NCBI GenBank assembly: GCA_964016885.1
Contig: OZ024741.1
Span: 172,360,001-172,424,000 of the forward strand
Direction of reading: 5' to 3'
DNA from: Eledone cirrhosa
Lineage: Eukaryota
Length of the DNA: 64,000 bases
Shown here: in pieces, positions 60,044-64,000 of the stretch
How positions within the stretch are numbered: position 1 is the stretch's first letter
Layout of the letters: the number at the start of each line of letters is the position of its first letter
Translations under genes and position numbers: made by a program
Notes under the pieces: model-generated
Seen by the model: the letters and a program-made list of their open reading frames with translations, nothing else
Databases searched by the model: none
What the model was told of the DNA's origin: nothing

Positions 60044-61726
60044 ATATATATATATATATATGTCTCTGCAGACCTTAATTGTTGAAGGGACCTTTCTGTT
60101 TTGTATAGCTTTATTCCTCTATGGAGTTTTCTTACTTATTTATTTAGTCTAACATCTATATATGCACCATGTGATTACTTTATCATGCATTAAATATCGT
60201 GTTATTTTTCTGAACTTTCTATACACACACACGCACACACACGCACTCACACACACACACAAACACACATACATATATAGTAGAATCGCATATGCTAAAT
60301 ATGATAAGCGAAAAAACTTCGATCAATGGAGATTATCGAAGTAATTTCAAAACAAGACTTTAATTTAACTGTTGTTTAAATCCAAATAATGCAAGCAATG
60401 GAGATAAGCCCTTTCAATATCGGTTAAACGAAGGTTTCTGGATTATTTATTGATAGCGTAGTTGGGTGTGGACCTTGTCGTAACGCCAGCTTAGTGAAAG
60501 GAACTGGCGTGTTAGGATCTTACTAGATCGTTTCGGCTAGGCGATTCACGTAGCAAATTTGTGTGGGTATAGAAGAAAAGCAATTGTTTGGAAAATATGT
60601 ATGTATAAGTGTAAGAGACAAAAATACCCACGAAGAGCATTCTGCATCTATTGTGCATATATATGTATACAACATCAGATAGAAAGTAATTTGAGAATAT
60701 GTCAAATATTAACATAAACACATTATTATCAATACCAGAAAAATATTATTAAAAGATTAGTTAAGTTCCATTCTACTATAAGGAGAAAAATATGGACTTT
60801 AATAAAATTATTACGAAATAAATGTAGAGCGTGTAAAAGACATTTGAGAATGTCCTCGAGAAAAAAATCAATGACGATGTACTAAAAATGACAAAAACGA
60901 AGGCAATTTTATTTCATATCCCCCCAAAAAAGAAAAAATATATTTGAATATTTAATTAGAAAAACAAATCTTGCAATATATCTTTCGTCCTCAAGTACAT
61001 CATCTAAAATTTTCTAATCTAATATACACACAAACTATACAATGAAGTATTAACATTAGTATTACAATAAATATTAATTTGCTCGACACACAACTGTTCT
61101 TCGATTGCTAATTCAATCCCATCAGTGAAAGAAACACTTGTGTACATATAGCAGTCATTTCAATACAGCTCGATGATTGAATTTTCAGGACAAGCATGGA
61201 ATTTGATATACGTACTCAATGTTCTATACATAGAGAGTGTTTTGCTGGTTTAAAAGCTTAATACGTATATTTCTTAATACATTGATCTGTATCTTATAAA
61301 TACACATATGTACATATTCACAAACATATATTCAATCAATGGATATGAAACATTTGAATCATTGAGTTACTAACACGTCTATTGAAGATATGTTGCTATC
61401 ATTATTAGCAGCACTCTGCAGTAAATTGTGTCAATGTATCTGGCAGGCAAAATAAAAAAGACAAGTTGAATAAGTTGAATTAATAGGATTTTCAGAAGAG
61501 TAGGGAACCTACTGGGAATCATTCTGTACCAATAATCATCTTCTTAAGACAAATTCATTTTAGTTGAGTGCAAATGTTTGTAATTTAGAAAAGACATGGT
61601 AATTTTGTCTCTTTCGCTCTCTCCCCTTCTGTCTCTCTCTGATGACACTGCGAGAAGCAGGCGAAACTCCAGAATAACAACACCCACTATTTCAATTTAA
61701 TAAAATGAATATATATATATATGTGA

Positions 61727-61777
<51 letters not shown>

Positions 61778-61814
61778 CGTGCGTGCGCGCGCGTGTGTGT
61801 GTGTGTGTGTGTGT

Positions 61815-61850
<36 letters not shown>

Positions 61851-62194
61851 GGTGGTCTCCGGCGTGGCTTCAGCCGGATCGCTGGAACAGGTGAAAAAAA
61901 GTAAGAGTAAAAAAGAAAAGAGTAAAAGAGTAGAAGAGTATATATATATATATATATACAAATATAATTTCAGCGAGATTCATATTTCGGCTATGGTCGA
62001 AAACAAAGCGAAACACAATATCAGAGTTATGCTGGCAAGCGCTCCATGGACCATATAGAGACCAGAGCAATAAACATACGTTATAAAGGCCAAACAAACT
62101 TAGATGGCGGTCAAGAAGCCATCAACAACCTAAGCCAAAAAGACGAGGCAAGCCAAACAGGTCAACAAAATAAATGAAATATATATATATATAT

Positions 62195-63275
62195 ATATCA
62201 AAAATGGCGGGCTGCGTGGTTTCAAATGGCTTACATATGAATAAAATTAGTCCTTCATCAGTGATCTTCCAGCCTTCATTGGTATTTATTCGCTTTAAAG
62301 ATCATATACCTCTGGTTGGTGCGAGCAATAGAGCAATAACTAAAGAAAGTTATTGGGACACGTAAAATAGGATGAAGCGAGCGAGACATGTAAACAAACA
62401 TAGATGGTAATGCAACGGAAAGAGAAGAAGAGAAGAGACAAGTCCGTGATATCTATGAACTTAAGTTCTGTGAAATCATAGACGAGAGATAAAGACCTGG
62501 GTGAGATGTGAGCGAGAAAAGGATTTCACGCAGGTCAAACGGGGGGAAGTGAGAGAGGGTGAGTAGCAGAGTGTGAGTGAATGAGAGTGTGAGGAAGAGG
62601 CCAGCTGAGAGAGAGTGACTGGCTATACCTCTGGTTGGTGCGAGCAATAACTAAAAAAAAGTTATTTGGACACGTAAATTAGGGTGAAGCAAGCGAGACA
62701 TGTAAACAAACATAGATGGTAATGCAACGAAAAGAGAGGAAGAGAAGAAACAAGTCCGTGATATCTATGAACTTAAGTTCTGTGAAATCATAGACGAGAG
62801 ATAAAGACCACCCGAACTGGGTATTATGTGAGCGAGAAAAGGGTTTCACACAGGTCAAACAGGAGGAAGTGAGGGAGGGGGAGTAGCAGAGGGTGAGTGA
62901 GTGAAAGTGTAAGGAAGAGGCCAGCTGAGAGAGAGACTGGCAGAGGGGGTAAAAGGAGGGTGAGAGAAACAGAGAAAGGGGAGGCAGTAAAAAAAAATAG
63001 ACAGGTCACAGCGGAGGAAAAAATATAAATATATGAAAAATTGCGGGCTGCGTGGTTGCAAATGGGTTACATATGAATAAAATTAGTCCTTCATCAGTGA
63101 TTTTCCAACCTTCATTGGTATTTCTTCGCTTTAAAGATCATATACCTCTGGTTGGTGCAAGCAATAACTAAGAAAGTTATTGGGACACGTAAAATAGGGT
63201 GAAACGAGCGAGACATGTAAACAAACATAGATGGTTTGCATTACCATCTATGTTTGTTTACATGTCTCGCTCGCT
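62195..63275. repeat. Nested direct-repeat element with terminal hairpin (63207-63272)
   Basis: 62200-62410 repeats at 63036-63235; 62306-62620 repeats at 62624-62940. Confidence 0.85.
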
Positions 63276-63443
63276 ATATGGATATAAAATATACCGAAGC
63301 CAGAACCAATCCAAACCAAACAGTGGGTGTTTTATTATATATTTCTAGCAATATTATAACAATATGACCCTCCCACAATATGACAATATTTATTTCAACA
63401 CATGATTTCATATAAAAAATCTTGCAAAACAAATTCATAGCCG

Positions 63444-63485
<42 letters not shown>

Positions 63486-63532
63486 CGTGTAAAAGTAATC
63501 AAAGAACGCCGACATACTCATACAATTTATTT

Positions 63533-63577
63533 GCTGACAATGTTTCATCCATACCATTTGGCAGGAATCATCAGAGC
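63533..63577 (-). ncRNA. Minimal type I hammerhead in a probable PLE 3' end (63480-64000)
   Basis: GCU-CUGAUGA-U-UCC-UGCCA-AA-UGGUA-U-GGA-U-GAAAC-AUU-GUC/AGC; T-rich tract upstream on minus; microsatellite downstream. Confidence 0.7.
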
Positions 63578-64000
63578 TTTATATACAAAAATACAGTGCT
63601 GAGTATAAGCTCTACCGAGCTTAGTCACATGAACATTAGAAATACAATAGAGGGCATCAAGAGGGAGATCGTGAATAGCGAGTATGGAGAGAGTGCATAG
63701 TGGGGTTGTTATTCAGCACTACAGCTAAATGCAATGGTACAGGCACATATTTTCACAAAATGCAGAAGCACGTGAGGGCACATAAAGGCAAAAAGTATAA
63801 ACAATAGTTAAAACATATAATAAAAAGTAAAAGGAAAATAATGATATAAAGAGATAAAAAAATTTTAAAAATTAAAAAAGAAAAAAGAAAGAGAAAAAGT
63901 TTTAAAGCACACAAAAAACAGAGGAAGCTATGCGATGGTCACTATATATAACAGGTGATTTAGCTCTCCATAACTTAGAGTTATAGAAATACTAAAAGGC

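Noticed and set aside
61633-61680. CUGAUGA-hairpin-GAAAC on the plus strand
   Set aside because: Followed by UCCAGAA; no GUH and no stem I
62210-62270. CUGAUGA...GAAAC on the minus strand
   Set aside because: No NUH triplet or stem I pairing; the second copy lacks GAAA

Overview
AT-rich, microsatellite-saturated animal genomic DNA, most likely an octopus or other cephalopod (inferred from the SINE family and the repeat landscape). No intact multi-exon host gene is visible. One orphan terminal coding exon candidate lies at 26849-27200 (-). Nearly all listed ORFs are translations of (TA)n/(CA)n/(GA)n tracts. Mobile DNA dominates: a near-full-length L1-Tx1 LINE inside an (ATT)n tract (34490-39607) plus rearranged relatives, several decayed R4/Dong-type LINEs, an RTE endonuclease fragment, about 20 tRNA-derived SINE copies, a hAT MITE, a mariner-type MITE, a Chapaev3-like transposase relic, and two Penelope-like element (PLE) relics (Naiad-type RT+GIY-YIG; Neptune-type GIY-YIG). 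The main hidden signal is more than a dozen loci with type I hammerhead ribozyme folds (stem I-CUGANGA-stem II-GAAA-short, usually palindromic stem III-NUH). They sit in non-coding fold-back palindromes, terminally redundant units and a ~475-bp tandem array, almost always beside (TA)n. Every fold-back has the same polarity (ribozyme-sense 3' ends outward), and many motifs share a non-canonical U.U closure of stem II. Together this looks like a diverse, non-autonomous, PLE-mobilised retrozyme-like system. All folds were derived by eye; activity is untested.
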